A stretch of 64,000 nt of DNA from Lingula anatina (taxonomy: Eukaryota > Animalia > Brachiopoda): contig CM120640.1 in the NCBI GenBank assembly GCA_051362555.1, forward strand, positions 55,840,788 through 55,904,787, written 5' to 3'. The translations under genes were made by a program, and so were the position numbers. Below the pieces are notes generated by a model. That model saw only the letters and a list, made by a program, of their open reading frames with translations. It searched no databases and was not told where the DNA came from. Positions within the stretch are counted from its first letter, which is position 1; each line of letters begins with the position of its first letter. Positions 47,935 to 61,491 of this stretch are shown in pieces.

Positions 47935-48984
47935 TTATTTTTTATCAAATTTGTGCACCACAGCAATCCCGCCACCTTGTACTTTTTCAATAGTATAATA
48001 CCAGTTATCATATCCCTCCTGACGAAGCGGCTCTTTCAAATCATCCTCCAAGAGCTTTGGTGGATGGGCGCTACCGGCATCTTCACCATACTTGTGCATC
48101 GCCCGTCGATAAATTTGTTCGACCAGCCCCAAAACTTCTATCGGGACTTTGGCGTCGAACGCTAGTTTCCTTCCAAGATCAAGATCTTTGCAGTGCAGTC
48201 CTATTTTGAACCCTGGATCAAAAGAGCCGTTAAACATGAGAGGAGCTTCAGTTTCGAAGACGAAGGAATTCCCAGCCGAGGCTCGAATGCCATCAAAGAA
48301 AGCCTGCAGGTTGATTCCGTGCCTCTTGGCTATCATAGCTGACTCTCCTGCCACAACCATGTGAACGGCACACAACATGTTGCTGATAACCTTGACGACG
48401 CTTGCGCTTCCCATAGGGCCCATGTACAACAGTGACCCTGTGTATGATTTAATAAGTGATTCGTACATTTTCATATCTTCGGAGTCTCCACCCACGAAAA
48501 CCGTCATGAGTCCAGTTTTCAAAAGCTCTAGGCCTCCTGACAACGGAGCTTCAAGCATTTTCAATCCTCTGCCCTGAGCTATGACTGCAAGGCGCTTAGT
48601 TTCGTCGGCGTCTGTAGTGGTGTGGTCGATCCAGCATGCGCCTTCTTTGATTTTATAAAGAACGCCCTCTTCCTCCATAACCTGCCTTATGTGAGGTGGA
48701 GCTGGCAAAGCTGTAATCACCACCTCTTTCCCAGCCACGACTTCTGATGCGGTGTCTACCCATTTTGCTCCTTTCTCGGTCAATTCCTTGGCGTTCAGGG
48801 TACTTGGATCCGTCACAGACACGCTGTGCTCGCCCCTAAGGAGGCCAAGAGCTACAGCACGCCCAACTTGCCCGGCTCCTATTACACCAACGTTAGCATT
48901 ACTGACAGCCGATGTGCTAAACGATGGGCATTGGATTCTAACGACGCGTGCGGAAATGCCAAAGCGTATGAGATGCCTCAGCAT
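47935..48984 (-). CDS. Intronless beta-hydroxyacid dehydrogenase, copy 2, 349 aa from the ATG at 48984
   Basis: Collinear with copy 1 at an offset of 5509 bp, with the same motifs (GAGQVG, EAPLSGG, KVISN, KDL). The ORF-track start at 49020 is a TTG; the ATG aligned with copy 1 is at 48984. Confidence 0.92.
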   Translation of the reverse strand: MLRHLIRFGISARVVRIQCPSFSTSAVSNANVGVIGAGQVGRAVALGLLRGEHSVSVTDPSTLNAKELTEKGAKWVDTASEVVAGKEVVITALPAPPHIRQVMEEEGVLYKIKEGACWIDHTTTDADETKRLAVIAQGRGLKMLEAPLSGGLELLKTGLMTVFVGGDSEDMKMYESLIKSYTGSLLYMGPMGSASVVKVISNMLCAVHMVVAGESAMIAKRHGINLQAFFDGIRASAGNSFVFETEAPLMFNGSFDPGFKIGLHCKDLDLGRKLAFDAKVPIEVLGLVEQIYRRAMHKYGEDAGSAHPPKLLEDDLKEPLRQEGYDNWYYTIEKVQGGGIAVVHKFDKK

Positions 48985-51900
48985 GACAAGTGTGGATGAG
49001 GTGGTTCTTGCTAAATCCAAATTCTATGTATTCTCAGATATACTCGGACCGAACAGCCGACCTGCAGCAATAGAACAGGTTGATAACTACTGCTCTATGC
49101 AGTTCATAGTACCTGATCTATGCAGTTCTGCTTTGTTGCACAGGCAGGTTAATGCTTGTTCTTAACGAAGAACATGCAGCTCTTGCAAACATTACAGCAT
49201 ATGACAGAAAACCAAGTAGACATAGAGCGCATTCATACAAGTTGATCCGTGGACTGAAAGATATGCGGATAAAATATGTATGAGGATCTTCTTACTATAT
49301 GCCTATGTATGACCCCAATGTTGTAAGTAGACATTAAGGACAATTCATGAAAAAATATCCCACAAGCGATTTAGAGAATGAGAGATTTGAAAAACCATGC
49401 CTAAAACATAGCCTCTACCAGGGCCACGGTATAATTGTGGACATTTTTTGCTGAGGCGACATCAGATCAAAATGACTGTGTATTTATCTATAGAGACATA
49501 TCTGTGAATATCTGTGAAAAATCAATCTGTCGCCCTGGTAGGGTACCTAAAACGCAGCGTGCGTGTAAACGGTCAAATTTGTTAATGAGTGCTCGGCTCT
49601 TTGAGCTTATTCGCAGGCGTTCACTCTGTAGTCTTTAACCTGCGATTTCCAAAATACAAATAGGCCAAGAAGCATGCTCACGCATTGTCAAATATAATTG
49701 ATAATAATGATAGCATATTTAGCACTTCGTTTCCACATTTGAAGGCTCTGTACTTCACAATGTTTGACAAAGGCGTGGGACTTTGTTAAGGCCACATATG
49801 TAGACTAGAGCGTTATTGGTGAGGTGCTTGGTTTTGAGGCGTCTCCCTCGTTATGTAATTATTTTTGGGAGGGAGGAGAAGGGGTTACCTTTAAAGCTTA
49901 GAAAACTTATCAGCTGCCCCCCCCCCCCCCCCACCTCCTTCTCCCGTCTTCATTTTTCCTTTGGTACATGATATTGTAACCTGCGTTATTTCACATCTTT
50001 CATATAACAAATGCCATTGTCATCCAGCACAGTGATGAAAGGTGAACCGATGATACTTGATTGCTTTAGTTGCGACGGTGTATAGGGCCTGCACAATTTT
50101 ATATTCACAACTAGTGCATTACTACATTAGCTACTGCCTTTATGTATTTTAGCAACTTGCGTGGATGTTATGCAACAATGAAGCATGTATTTCTCGATAT
50201 ATACTTAAGTCGTGTATGAAGTACCGTGCTTTATTTTTAAAGATCATATATTATTAAACCTTACCGTCTGCAGCAGACGGAAAGTATACACCACTGTTCT
50301 TGTTGTCTTGTTCTTGTTCCTGTCTTGTTGTTAGAATAAAAAAAAAAAGAATGCATGATGATACCAAGCGCTTATAATAAAGTATGCGAAATTCTTTAAT
50401 TTTATCACAACAACTAATGAAGCAATGATTGTAGGTCCTGCCCTGGGTTTCTAGTTGGTGAAAGACAAACAGCGAACAAATAAAACAAATCCACACAGAT
50501 GCCACGTAAATACAGCAGGTTGGTGTATACACATAAGCATGTTGCGTTTGTTTACAAAGCTGCATCATAAATATTGAAAAACAACAATAGATGTATCGAG
50601 CATATGATTTATCCAACCTACTGCATAGATTTCAAACAAAAGTGAAAACGTATTTATGCTTTATAGTGACTGTTCCTTGAGATCAGTTAAGTGGCGACAA
50701 GGGAGAAGAAAAGAAAAATAGAAAAACACTTCTCAAAGATGGAGCAGAATATTGGTTAAAATAAACTTCACTAAACTGTGATATCATAGCTTTGTCAAAA
50801 TTCTATTTTAGTGGGATTGTTAGTTTTTATACTTGTACGTCCACCTGTGTATTACTTTTTTCCTTTCTTCTCCCTCTTGAGATTGTAGGTGGCATTCAAA
50901 AGCATTCTTCTCGAGTTACCTTCCCAACGAGTGGGTTCACTCTTGGTGAGCGTGACCGGTACTAACTAACTATACACCTGTAAGTGCGTCATTACGGCCA
51001 GTCTGGACACAGCAAATTTCCTTAAAACCTTTGATGAGATGTAGCCTTTGCTAAACTGCCAAAGCGCTGACTGCTGCAGTAACATGAAATCACGGTAAGC
51101 GACAATTTTTCTTGTTATGCAAAGCTAGACTTTAAGGTAGCTTTAGTTACAGGTAGCTGACCTGAACTGTGTTGTTGTCCCTCAATATTTAAGAAAAAAC
51201 TTTATAAAACGTGAGTCCCTTACAGCTATATTCAAACAGTAATATAAATGTACGTATACACAACAAACAATTGATACATAAATTATGTACGTGTATATAA
51301 CGAACATGTTACTATTCAGTATTCACATACAATACAGATACACGTAGACTAGTTCTGATATAGGTTAACCGTTCTTATCAATATCAAAGGTGTAAATAGT
51401 TTTAACAAAATCTTAACCTATCATAGATGACTGACCTTATATAAAAAGTATCCAAAATGTCAATAATTTTCTAGTGTTATATTTTAAGCATGCCAAAGGA
51501 TAGATGCAGGAAAAATAATAGAGCCGCAAATAAGACAGTACATGTAGCTAAAACTGTATTTTGCAATCCACGTTTACATTCAGCATAACACTAGTCAATA
51601 AGTTTGCAAGGCAATTTTGCGACTTGTCATAAGCCAAATACTGTGAAAATTAAAACATATTCTTCTGCTAAATTTCCGGCTAATCATTCAAACGGAACTG
51701 AAAGCGATAGTCGACAGGCATACATTCGATAAGAGCGGAAATGGGTTTATGAGAAATGTGTCGTAATTAGAACCCTTATGATAAAATCAATCTGTCTCTG
51801 TCACCCGACGTAGGCGAAAAAACCATCAAGACTTTCGCTGCCTGTAGAAATCGTCTTGCAGCAATTTTTGCCACAATGTCTTTGGACAATGGTAAACCCA

Positions 51901-53623
51901 GTTATGATGCAGATGTACTGGAAAACGTGTCAGATCTTAAGCAGGTACTGTAGTTTAAATCGGATTTGTATGTGATTTTGTACCTTTTCCTCACTTGGTC
52001 CCTGTTGTGATATTGGATATTAGTCATGAGTTTCACTGCAAAATTTAGGTGCAGTTCAAGATTTTTACAGTTTCAAAAGACACATCATTTGTTGCCTTTT
52101 ATTTTTCACAACTATTTCAGTGTTTGAAACTAATGGCAAAAGTTTCATAATTCTGTTAAACGAGTTAAACAGTAAGTTACAGAAGATGACCATAGTTAAT
52201 TTACATGTTGATATTTTGTCACCGATTCATTTAATATGAAAAATGGAAGAAAAGTAAAAACAAATACCACAACATTCATCGTGGTGTATGAAAAGTTGTT
52301 TATTTCCAAAGAGTCCACCGAAGTCAGATTTCGATCAAGATAAACTACACAATGTGAAATCCATTAATTAAGAGACTGTGTCAATCAAGTATCACAGGTA
52401 TCAATTATTCACTTAGTTACGTCACTGACCCTCACAAGATCGTAGCAAGGTCGTTAATTGGAGAGGGAGTGAAAAAGAGTTATCAAATATAAATGTATTA
52501 TAAACAAAGATGGAAAGAAGCAGCTTAAGAAATGGAAGGAATAGATAAGAGAAAAAGCGGTCAAATGTCCCTATTACTCCTGGACAAATTTTGTTTGACA
52601 CTCTTAATTCATGCTCTGCTCCTGCAGTAGGGATATTCTGGCTTTTCAGAAATGGGATGCGCGAGATGACGAAGAGAAGGCGTTTTTAAGTGTGAACTAG
52701 TTTTCTCTGGGTAATCCTGCTCTCTGCCTGTTGCTAGTGAGCTCACCTTCCTCACTGACCCCTCTTGGAGCGAGTTTGTTCCAGAAGAGAAGAAACAGCC
52801 AACAACAGTAAATACAGGCCAAGGGGGTGATTCAACAATCTTCACAAAGTTCATGAACAACCTCTGTTTACTCTCTAAAAAGGGGTGTATCAAAAACCAC
52901 GCAACTGGTAGTTTGTTTCTTTAATCGGCATTGTGGGCCTATTATTGTCTTTCAACTTTTCCGATGTATTGATTTTGGCTCAGAGAGCATTTTGGTGTTC
53001 ACGGTACTTGTGACGACTTTATAAAGCCGGAGCAAGAAAGGGGCCTATTCTAAGGTGTAACAATAGCAAACTCAATCAATCAGGTTGGCACAATGATTCT
53101 GCACAGCTGACAGAAGCCTTTACAATATATAGTCTACTGAGATTCAAACTGCATCGACTTTTCATTTAGGCTTTTCTTCTGTATTAAGGTGCTCAGCTCT
53201 GAAATGTCAATATCGTTTTGGACTTAACAACGTACAGTAGAGGTGACTTCGCTTATAAGCAGGGAAAGGAAGAGAAATCAGATTCAATTTATTATGATAT
53301 TCTGTGATATCAGGCGGCGAGATATCTTCTAGGTTCCCTGTCAACATGCCAGGTAATGATGTTTTTTTCTGTGTAGATATATTTTAGAGAGAGTTCTAGT
53401 TAAGTATAAGACAACTATATATCTACAATCAACAAATAGTCCCATTTTTGTTTAAACAAAACATTTAACTGGAACATTTAACTATCAGCAGCTAAAAAAC
53501 AGTTGCCGATTTTGTCCATTTTTGGTTATTAATAAATGCACACCACACAAATAAGGGGACTTCATCATCATCATTCCTCTGTGGGACATAAGGCCACCGT
53601 CACTTCTTAGGGGACTTAGTTCA

Positions 53624-53670
<47 letters not shown>

Positions 53671-54262
53671 AGTATGAGAGGCACCGTGAAGGAGTCACAC
53701 GTATTTAATTGATATTTTCGAAAAACAAAAATATGAGAAGGCCAGTTCTTGCTAAGTAAGATATGATGGGAACTTTCACACTCCCCGCTGCAGAAGTCTG
53801 GCAATGAAATCCCTTAAAGGCGATATCTTAAAGGAGATAGATTTAAAACTCTTTATGTCCGTAACTGCAGTATTCAAATTTACAGTTCATTTATAAGGGA
53901 TGTATTTGTAAACATATAACTTACATGGTACGATTCTGCACTTAATAAGTAAAAATGTTTTTTGATTCAATTAGTGACTAAATGACCTCTTTTGATCAGT
54001 ATTTGGCGTTTCCCATCTTTTGTAACATGTTTTACAAAAGTATATAATTCCTCTCCACGCAGTCGGGGATGTTATGGAATTGTGCAACAGTTGGTTTTTG
54101 CTCATCCCATTCATCACTTTATATCTCTTGTAATTCGGGATAGAACCATCTGAATACACCTAAAACTATATTTCAATACTGTCACTAGTGTATCACTAAG
54201 GTGACCACTGATTATCCTTCATGCTTATTGTTGATTTTAAACCCCGCTTTTAAATATTTCAG

Positions 54263-56335
54263 ATTTACATAGAATGTATAGACGACGTAGACGTCATGCC
54301 ATTGGCGAAACAACTTTCTCTGTCTCAAGCAGTCGACTTCTATGATAGACGGCGCACAAGACATTATGGATACCCAAGCAACGAGCATTTGGCTGCTAGA
54401 AAATCTCTACCACTGCAAAGACAGATTCCCGTTCTCGATGACAACTTGAAAAGACTTTTACATCAAGCTTCATTGGCAAACAGCAGTCGCCCAATCCAGG
54501 GAACTATTACAGCTACCTCTGGAAGTCTTCCGCCAGAGGTCGTGCGTGATTATAACAAAGGGGCAACAAACCCGACGGTGCAAGTGAATCTAAGAAAGAA
54601 GCCGGAACGACCGAAAGTTAAGAAACTAGCCATCAACAGGCAGGTCGCTTTGAATAATTGGGACCCTCGCCGTGAAATGCGTCGAGTTGAGCAAAGGGTT
54701 GTCTTTACAGAAGGTATCAGTTCTGTTAGTAGAAAACCAGAACCCCACTTGCACGTGGATCGAAAATATTTCCTACCAGCAAATATGCCGGAAGACTTGA
54801 AATTTGTACGAGAAAATAGCAAAATTGCTATTGATTTATCGAGTTCTGATGACTTACCATTTTCCACGGTGGAGGTTGATAAAACAAAAAAAGCAGAAAA
54901 TCAGCTCAGTTTGCCGCACATTTCTGACAATACTGAATCCAAGAATGGCAGAGGAAAACGGAGGAGATCTAATGGGAAACCTGACATTAAAAATACCACC
55001 AGTGCCCCTTCAGAAGGATACTTTATGCAGAATATTGCTCGTCTGTCTCCTACAAGTTTTGTACCGCTCAATTCTCCCTCCACGACATTCTACGCCTCTC
55101 GAGAGCCTAGTCATTTACAACCCGCCCACGTAGTACAGATTAATGCACGAACGCTTGATAAGTCGTTAAATCTAAACGCGGTGAAACCTGATAAAAATAA
55201 CGGTTTCAAGAAAGACAAAGTTTTCAAATCACAACTGGGTGCATCATCAGATGGTGTTGTAGGTCTTCGGTCCATTAAAATAGGCGAAAGTTTGTCGTCG
55301 GCTCACCTTAAACAAAGACAAAAGGAACTTCGAGCTTTATATCCGATGTACGATTGGGGCATTCAACAAAAATCAAGAAATGATATTGCAAGAAAAAAAG
55401 ATCCCTCTCTTTCTAAGAATAGTTTTAAAGAGGCAAAATCCAACAAACAAAGTCGAAAGAATGCGTCGCTTAATATATATCAGATTGACTCTGACAATTT
55501 GGATGCAATTGGCAAAAATCGTGCTGGACGAGATTCTGTCAAATCAATGTCAGATTGGTCGATTGACATGGACTTTCCTATCTGGGAAAGTTCGATTTCT
55601 CATAAAAATCATAAACATAAGAAAAATTGGAGCGTGTGGTCTTTTGATGAGAACTATGATTTAGATGCGTATCTGGATGGAACTTGTTACGATTCAGGCG
55701 CCCCTTTTCACGGTGTGCAGCCAGATGCAGACAACCTGTTGATGCCGACGACCATACCTTGTAAACCTAAACCAAAATGTGTTGGTGGATCAGTAGGGGT
55801 CCCAAATGTCCCTGAGGAAAATGAAATAAAAAAGGAGAAGACTAAAGGCGAAAGAACAGAGACTAACACTGGTGGTCCGCCTCGACAAGAGAGTCATGCT
55901 TCCCTCCATCCCCCGCCTAACACAGCCGATGATCCGACCGGCAATCATACCTCCACCGAAATGGAACACATTCTGCCACGTATTGCGGAAAGTGCCAGTA
56001 GTGATAAAGTAAACGTCCAAGTTTCTGTTAAAACACTGAGTTTAGACCCTGCTCAACTTGAGAAGCATCCCGAGGTTCATAACGGTACTCCCACGATTTG
56101 CGTCACCCCACCGACCATGCTGCAACAAAGCAAAATGGACGCCGCGCCCTGTCCCACCGACAAAAGTCATTCTGCAGGAGACTCGCCGGTGGCAGATAAG
56201 AGTGCAAACTCGAACTCTTATCTACAGCAGAATAAAGGCCCAAAAGGGCAAAAACTTGTTAAAACAGGTAGTAAAAGGGATATTGTTTTTATTTCTCCTG
56301 CAATTCAAAGTCCGTATGAATACCAAGTATACTAA
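54263..56335 (+). CDS. Large uncharacterised, probably disordered protein (at least 679 aa in one exon)
   Basis: A 2-kb open frame in AT-rich DNA. The acceptor TTTCAG ending at 54262 keeps the frame open for 11 codons before the ATG at 54296. A phase-0 upstream exon at 51876-51944 (MSLDNGKPSYDADVLENVSDLKQ|GT) could supply the start. AATAAA near 56695. No domain recognised. Confidence 0.75.
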   Translation: MYIECIDDVDVMPLAKQLSLSQAVDFYDRRRTRHYGYPSNEHLAARKSLPLQRQIPVLDDNLKRLLHQASLANSSRPIQGTITATSGSLPPEVVRDYNKGATNPTVQVNLRKKPERPKVKKLAINRQVALNNWDPRREMRRVEQRVVFTEGISSVSRKPEPHLHVDRKYFLPANMPEDLKFVRENSKIAIDLSSSDDLPFSTVEVDKTKKAENQLSLPHISDNTESKNGRGKRRRSNGKPDIKNTTSAPSEGYFMQNIARLSPTSFVPLNSPSTTFYASREPSHLQPAHVVQINARTLDKSLNLNAVKPDKNNGFKKDKVFKSQLGASSDGVVGLRSIKIGESLSSAHLKQRQKELRALYPMYDWGIQQKSRNDIARKKDPSLSKNSFKEAKSNKQSRKNASLNIYQIDSDNLDAIGKNRAGRDSVKSMSDWSIDMDFPIWESSISHKNHKHKKNWSVWSFDENYDLDAYLDGTCYDSGAPFHGVQPDADNLLMPTTIPCKPKPKCVGGSVGVPNVPEENEIKKEKTKGERTETNTGGPPRQESHASLHPPPNTADDPTGNHTSTEMEHILPRIAESASSDKVNVQVSVKTLSLDPAQLEKHPEVHNGTPTICVTPPTMLQQSKMDAAPCPTDKSHSAGDSPVADKSANSNSYLQQNKGPKGQKLVKTGSKRDIVFISPAIQSPYEYQVY

Positions 56336-59300
56336 AATTGCGACAGCTTTATACATTTTATAGGCCTATATTATACATTTCAATATTTTGTGTGTACATT
56401 ATATAAATCTCAATTACCAATCATACCACACAAACGATACAGGTACACACACACTCAAAGTCCAAGTCAGTATAAATTTTACTGCAATTTAAACGTTATC
56501 TACAAAGGTGCAACTTTATTGTACGTATGCATATGGCTTTTTAGTATTTTCAGAATTTTTATATAGCGTCTTTTTATTCTGGCTAGCATTATTTATGAGG
56601 ATGCTACTTTGTAGTCAATACGATTTAATTAGGCTAGTCAACGCTGTACTCCCTAGTTACCACTTACTTGTCAAGCCGCCAATAAGTGAAACTGAATAAA
56701 AATGTCAGGATAAAATAGGTTATTTGTTTGTTTGTTTTATCTAGAGTTTATTTTACGAACAACAGTTCTATAAAACTGTGTAGAAAATTATCCGGAAAGG
56801 AGGTCAAATGCCTAGATCTTGAAAATTAGCATCTTCCAGTAGTACACAAGGCTTGGAATAACTTAACATAACAAAGTTACCACATGAACGCATATTCTAC
56901 TAATTTTTGACTTTAGTTTCCATCCGTTCTCCAGTGTAATGTGGTCATTAATAATACCTGTAAGAAAAATGATAAACGCACTCATTTGAAAACTGAAGCA
57001 GAAATTAAGACCCATGCTCGCATTCCAGCGCATCTCCTACATTTGTTCGGGAATGCACCAGCAGTAAAATAGCAGTCACAACTATCGCATTCAAAAATCG
57101 TTTCAACGGGTGTCGTCTCTAGGTCCATCTCTCTCAAGTATGTTTCCCCTGGCCCGGTATTAGAAGGGACTTTCTATGCGCCGTTTGTTTGGTTTGTAGC
57201 TTGATGACTGGAACATACTAAATGCTGTTTCATCCAAACTTTCAGTTCTGTCCTTGCTCTGATATTCAGATATTAAGCTTGATAGATTCTGGACGCCGAA
57301 TCATTTTTAAATCATTAAAAATAAAAAGAACACAATAAGCGTTAGACCTTTATTCAGTAAAAATTCCACTTTCCTATCTTTTAACACTTGCCTTAATAAT
57401 CTTCACAGTGTATCATTTCTAATTCTGTTCACAGAATGACAATACATAAAACCGTTATTGAGTTATTAGTTTCAAGTTTTTAAGTGAGTCCCGTAATGGA
57501 GCTAGAGACTGGTACAGATTGCAATTTTCTCAACAGAATTGTATAATGTTATTGTAATAAAAGGAAACCCCATTCACTTATTACTAAAAAGGATTAACGC
57601 TTTGTTATATGCTGTGGTGGCATTCAGACGGAACGTCATGGCCAAGGTCTGTAGCTCATCAACTTAATAACGTTCAGTATGTCTCGAAACAATTTCGCTA
57701 TTGTCTTCCCACGAGTTTACCCTCTGTATTAAAATAATTATAAATAGATCTACGTGTAGGAGTTGCTGAAATTACAAGTGTAACTGTAGTAACTCGCGTA
57801 CAATATGTCATTGACCCAAAGTGATCGGAAACTGTTCGCACCCATGCACTCGACATTTTTGCGTCGCTAATATTTTTTCGCTTAAAAATCGAATAATCAT
57901 CGGATAACACGGCAAAACTCCTAATGATTTTCAAATTAATTCTGTTTGGTAATTCAACTACACGTATAAACTTTTATCGTAATTAATGTCAAACATGCAC
58001 ATTTTCAGCAGCGTGCTCACCGAGTGATGCACTGTACTGTAGTTATGCAATGGTGCGAGGTCCAGGTTGTATAAACAGCTTTGTAAATTCAGTTCAACCA
58101 GAGAATGTTATATTTATTTTTCCAGCCGTTCGGCATTTCATATCGTTATTCAATCCCTCAACAAGACAGAATGATATATAACTTTAAACTGGCAACATCG
58201 GATCCTTTATAGAAGATGTCTGTGTATTTTGTACGAAATGGCCCTGTAAAAAAACAGACAGACGAATGACCACAAGTTCATGAATGTACTGTATCCTATA
58301 TAAAACCTGTACTTCAACGAAAATAATCAAACTTGCCATGATTGTACTAAATTAAACCTTATATATTAATGTAGTTTGATGATACCTTGTATATTATAGT
58401 GTAAATCAATAAAGTTCTTATTCCTTAAGGAGGACTATTATACGAATGGAATCAGTTTTATTCTTCGGCGTACACCGTTGGTACGTTCTCTGCACAAGGG
58501 GATCTGTTGAGTAATTTCGACAGCTTACCAAAAATTCAGTTTTCGGTGAGTTGTCTTGGAAGAGAAAAGTGTAAAGGGTTGAATATCTGGAGGTAATGGA
58601 TAATGGGTCCTAGTGAAAATCACTGTATTAGATAATTCTTTCTAATTCCTTATGTAAATCAAGGGAGAATAAAGCTTTCCAAATATTTTCTGATTATTGG
58701 ATCATTTACCAAATGCCAAGACGATTTAAGTCACTGTGAAGCTGCATTTGTTTAACTTGCAGGTTTACTTCAGTGAAATTATCAGGTCGGAATAATTCTT
58801 GGCATTTATCCGGGTATTGTTTAATCTTCTGTCAGAACAAAAGATGGCAGAGAGCTTTGTGTTTATATGTATGATATTGCACAAAGCAATGTATGGAGAA
58901 GAGAACCTTCAACATCGGGAATAACTCTACTCCTTTCAATAACCCCCCTTGTTTCGAAGTCAGTGATTGGTTCTATCATATCATCGCTATATCGTAGTTT
59001 AGGTTTGAAGGCTCTTACCTTGAACGTAAAGGCTGATTAAGTGAAATTTATGTCCTTATGAGAGAAGCCAGTGTATGTGTGTGTGTATGTGTGTGAGTGT
59101 GTGTCACGGTCGGCGTAGAGATAGCAAAACACATGGACCCTATGCTATAATTTTTGTTCTCTTCACCAAAATTTTCGTTCCTAAACCGTATTTTATTTTT
59201 CCTATGGCATGGCAAATACTTGAACGTTTGACCCTGTTCCCAGCTGTTTTAAATGAGTTAAACTTGTCGTACTCAATGTCAATCAGTCAAATTAAATGTT

Positions 59301-60428
59301 ATTTTGTTTCCAGCGTAATTCCTCAGACGCGTATTTATCTGGCTGGGTTCATCGTGTCGGAAGGTGACTCACACATCTCCTGATATAACTCGAAAGCAGA
59401 GTTTGCGTCCGGCATGGGTGCATTTAACCGCAAACCAACCCTGCGGTGCGCATGCACTGCAGGGACGCTTCATTCAAGACGGTCAGTCTACTGGTCTTTG
59501 TCTCAACGTTCACTGTATAAAATACAGTACGGAAAAAAAAAACTTAAGTCAGGTTTTCTGTTATTTTGTTGCGATTGCATGCCTTTAAATAAACTAGTAA
59601 GGCTGTTGTCAGAAAAAAGCGAAGATAATTTTGGTGGGACGATAAATTAGACACGCTATTAAAAGCTCCTGCTACTTTTTCGTATTGGCCAATGTCAACT
59701 TCACACTTTTTAAACGCCTTTTAACGGCCAACACTCCACATTTTTTACAAGCATTACCTTGATATGTAGAATAGATTGTCAAAGACAACCGTTTGGCATT
59801 TGCTAGTGGCAGGTTTATCTGGGATCCATCAATCATACACACCGCTATATTTTCCTAATTACGGAACTCACACTCATGTCCATTCACAGAGGTTAAAATC
59901 CGTATTGCATGGATCACAAAATATATATGAAAAATATCATCGAAAGCAAAGGCTTTTGCCAGCCTCAGATTCAGGTTACATCAGACATGGACCTTAGGCT
60001 GTGTTCATATAGGAAGTTACCGTTCTAGCAGGATTGATCTATCTCAGCGAGGATTCTGGCTAAGGAGCAGACAATGTAAAGAATGGCACGGCCCCTCGTA
60101 ACTTTAAGTACTTGTGTAAAGTTGGGAAATTTTGTGGTCCATGTTGTAATATTGCTTTGAGCTAGATCGATCCAGTTTACGGTAATGCTCCATTAACGTT
60201 AATGGACCACGAGGGCTCAGTAAATAGCATTCTGGTAATGTTTATCAGCAACATTGAATCAGAATCAGAAGTTTATTGACTATCGCCCTACATCCGGGCA
60301 TGATCAAATACAAATACAAGAAGTAATCCGCAGAGTGATTACCATATACAGTTTGATATACATTATATAATGTCTAGACTAAAGCAGGGAAAGTACATGT
60401 ACTACTCAATAAAGATCAATATAGGGAT

Positions 60429-60459
<31 letters not shown>

Positions 60460-61491
60460 CTGATTCAACTAGAATAGGCTACACTAAACCTTATATAAAA
60501 CTAACTATTATTTAGGGGGATATGAAAACTGAAATGTTTAGTGAAAATCCAAGTTCAAAATAGATTAAATAATCTTTCTATACATGGGCAATTTCACAGC
60601 ACATCATAAAATTTACATGATGGAAAAATAAAACATGTTACATGATGGCTAGTTGATTAATTTTTTAAAATCAATATTCATCTTTTTTAATTCAATATCC
60701 ATCTCACTGTTCATGCACGAACATACTACAGTGTGTAACAGCAGTGCATTTCTTAGACCGTGGGTTACCACAATTTGGCACGCTGCCGGTGCCCCTCATC
60801 TTCACTTGGGTACGAGCTACGGCGTTTTGATAGCAGAAGAGATCATCAAAAAAGGCAGAGTCTGCGGACGAAACACAAACCATCCTTTCTGCCAGGTGTC
60901 ACTATAGACTAAGAAACGTGTATCTACAGCTGTTCGCAGCTTGACTACACTGTTGGCACGAAAGGTTATGGATGAACACGATAAGGCAGACTTAGAATCC
61001 ACCTATTTGAGGGACAGTGAAAAGTTCTTTTGTATTCAGTAGCAGTACATGTCCTGACATCGTTTGATATTCAGATCCTCGTTTCAATGGTGGTACTATA
61101 ATCATGGGAAGAGCTGGTTGCAGATTATATTCAGTGTATATTTACATATGAAGCCGACCTTGGCTTCCTCACCAAGAAACGCCTGTTGCTTTACGGTGGC
61201 GTTATATAAAAATCTCACTTTGCAGCTGTTTGTTAACAATTATAGGATTACATAGTGGCAAGACATGGGGAATAAGCCTGTCCTCGTCAGGCTACACATT
61301 TAATTAACCGTTGTAATTGGTTTTGACGGTTTAGATAGTGAGACAATAGTGTTATCATACTCAGTGGTGGAGTTTAAGTAAATAGTATTTCGGATTTCGA
61401 ATTCCATAACATAAGGCGATACTTGGAAAATTATCTGTACCGTTTATCCTGTGGAGGGTGCGTTTGCCGCAACCCTTATTTTGAAGGGTAT

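Noticed and set aside
52609-52925. Short open frames on both strands upstream of the orphan ORF
   Set aside because: No convincing splice-site pair or recognisable motif; could be UTR or an unrecognised exon.
59075-61255. Scattered short ORFs
   Set aside because: No coherent exon chain or recognisable protein motif.
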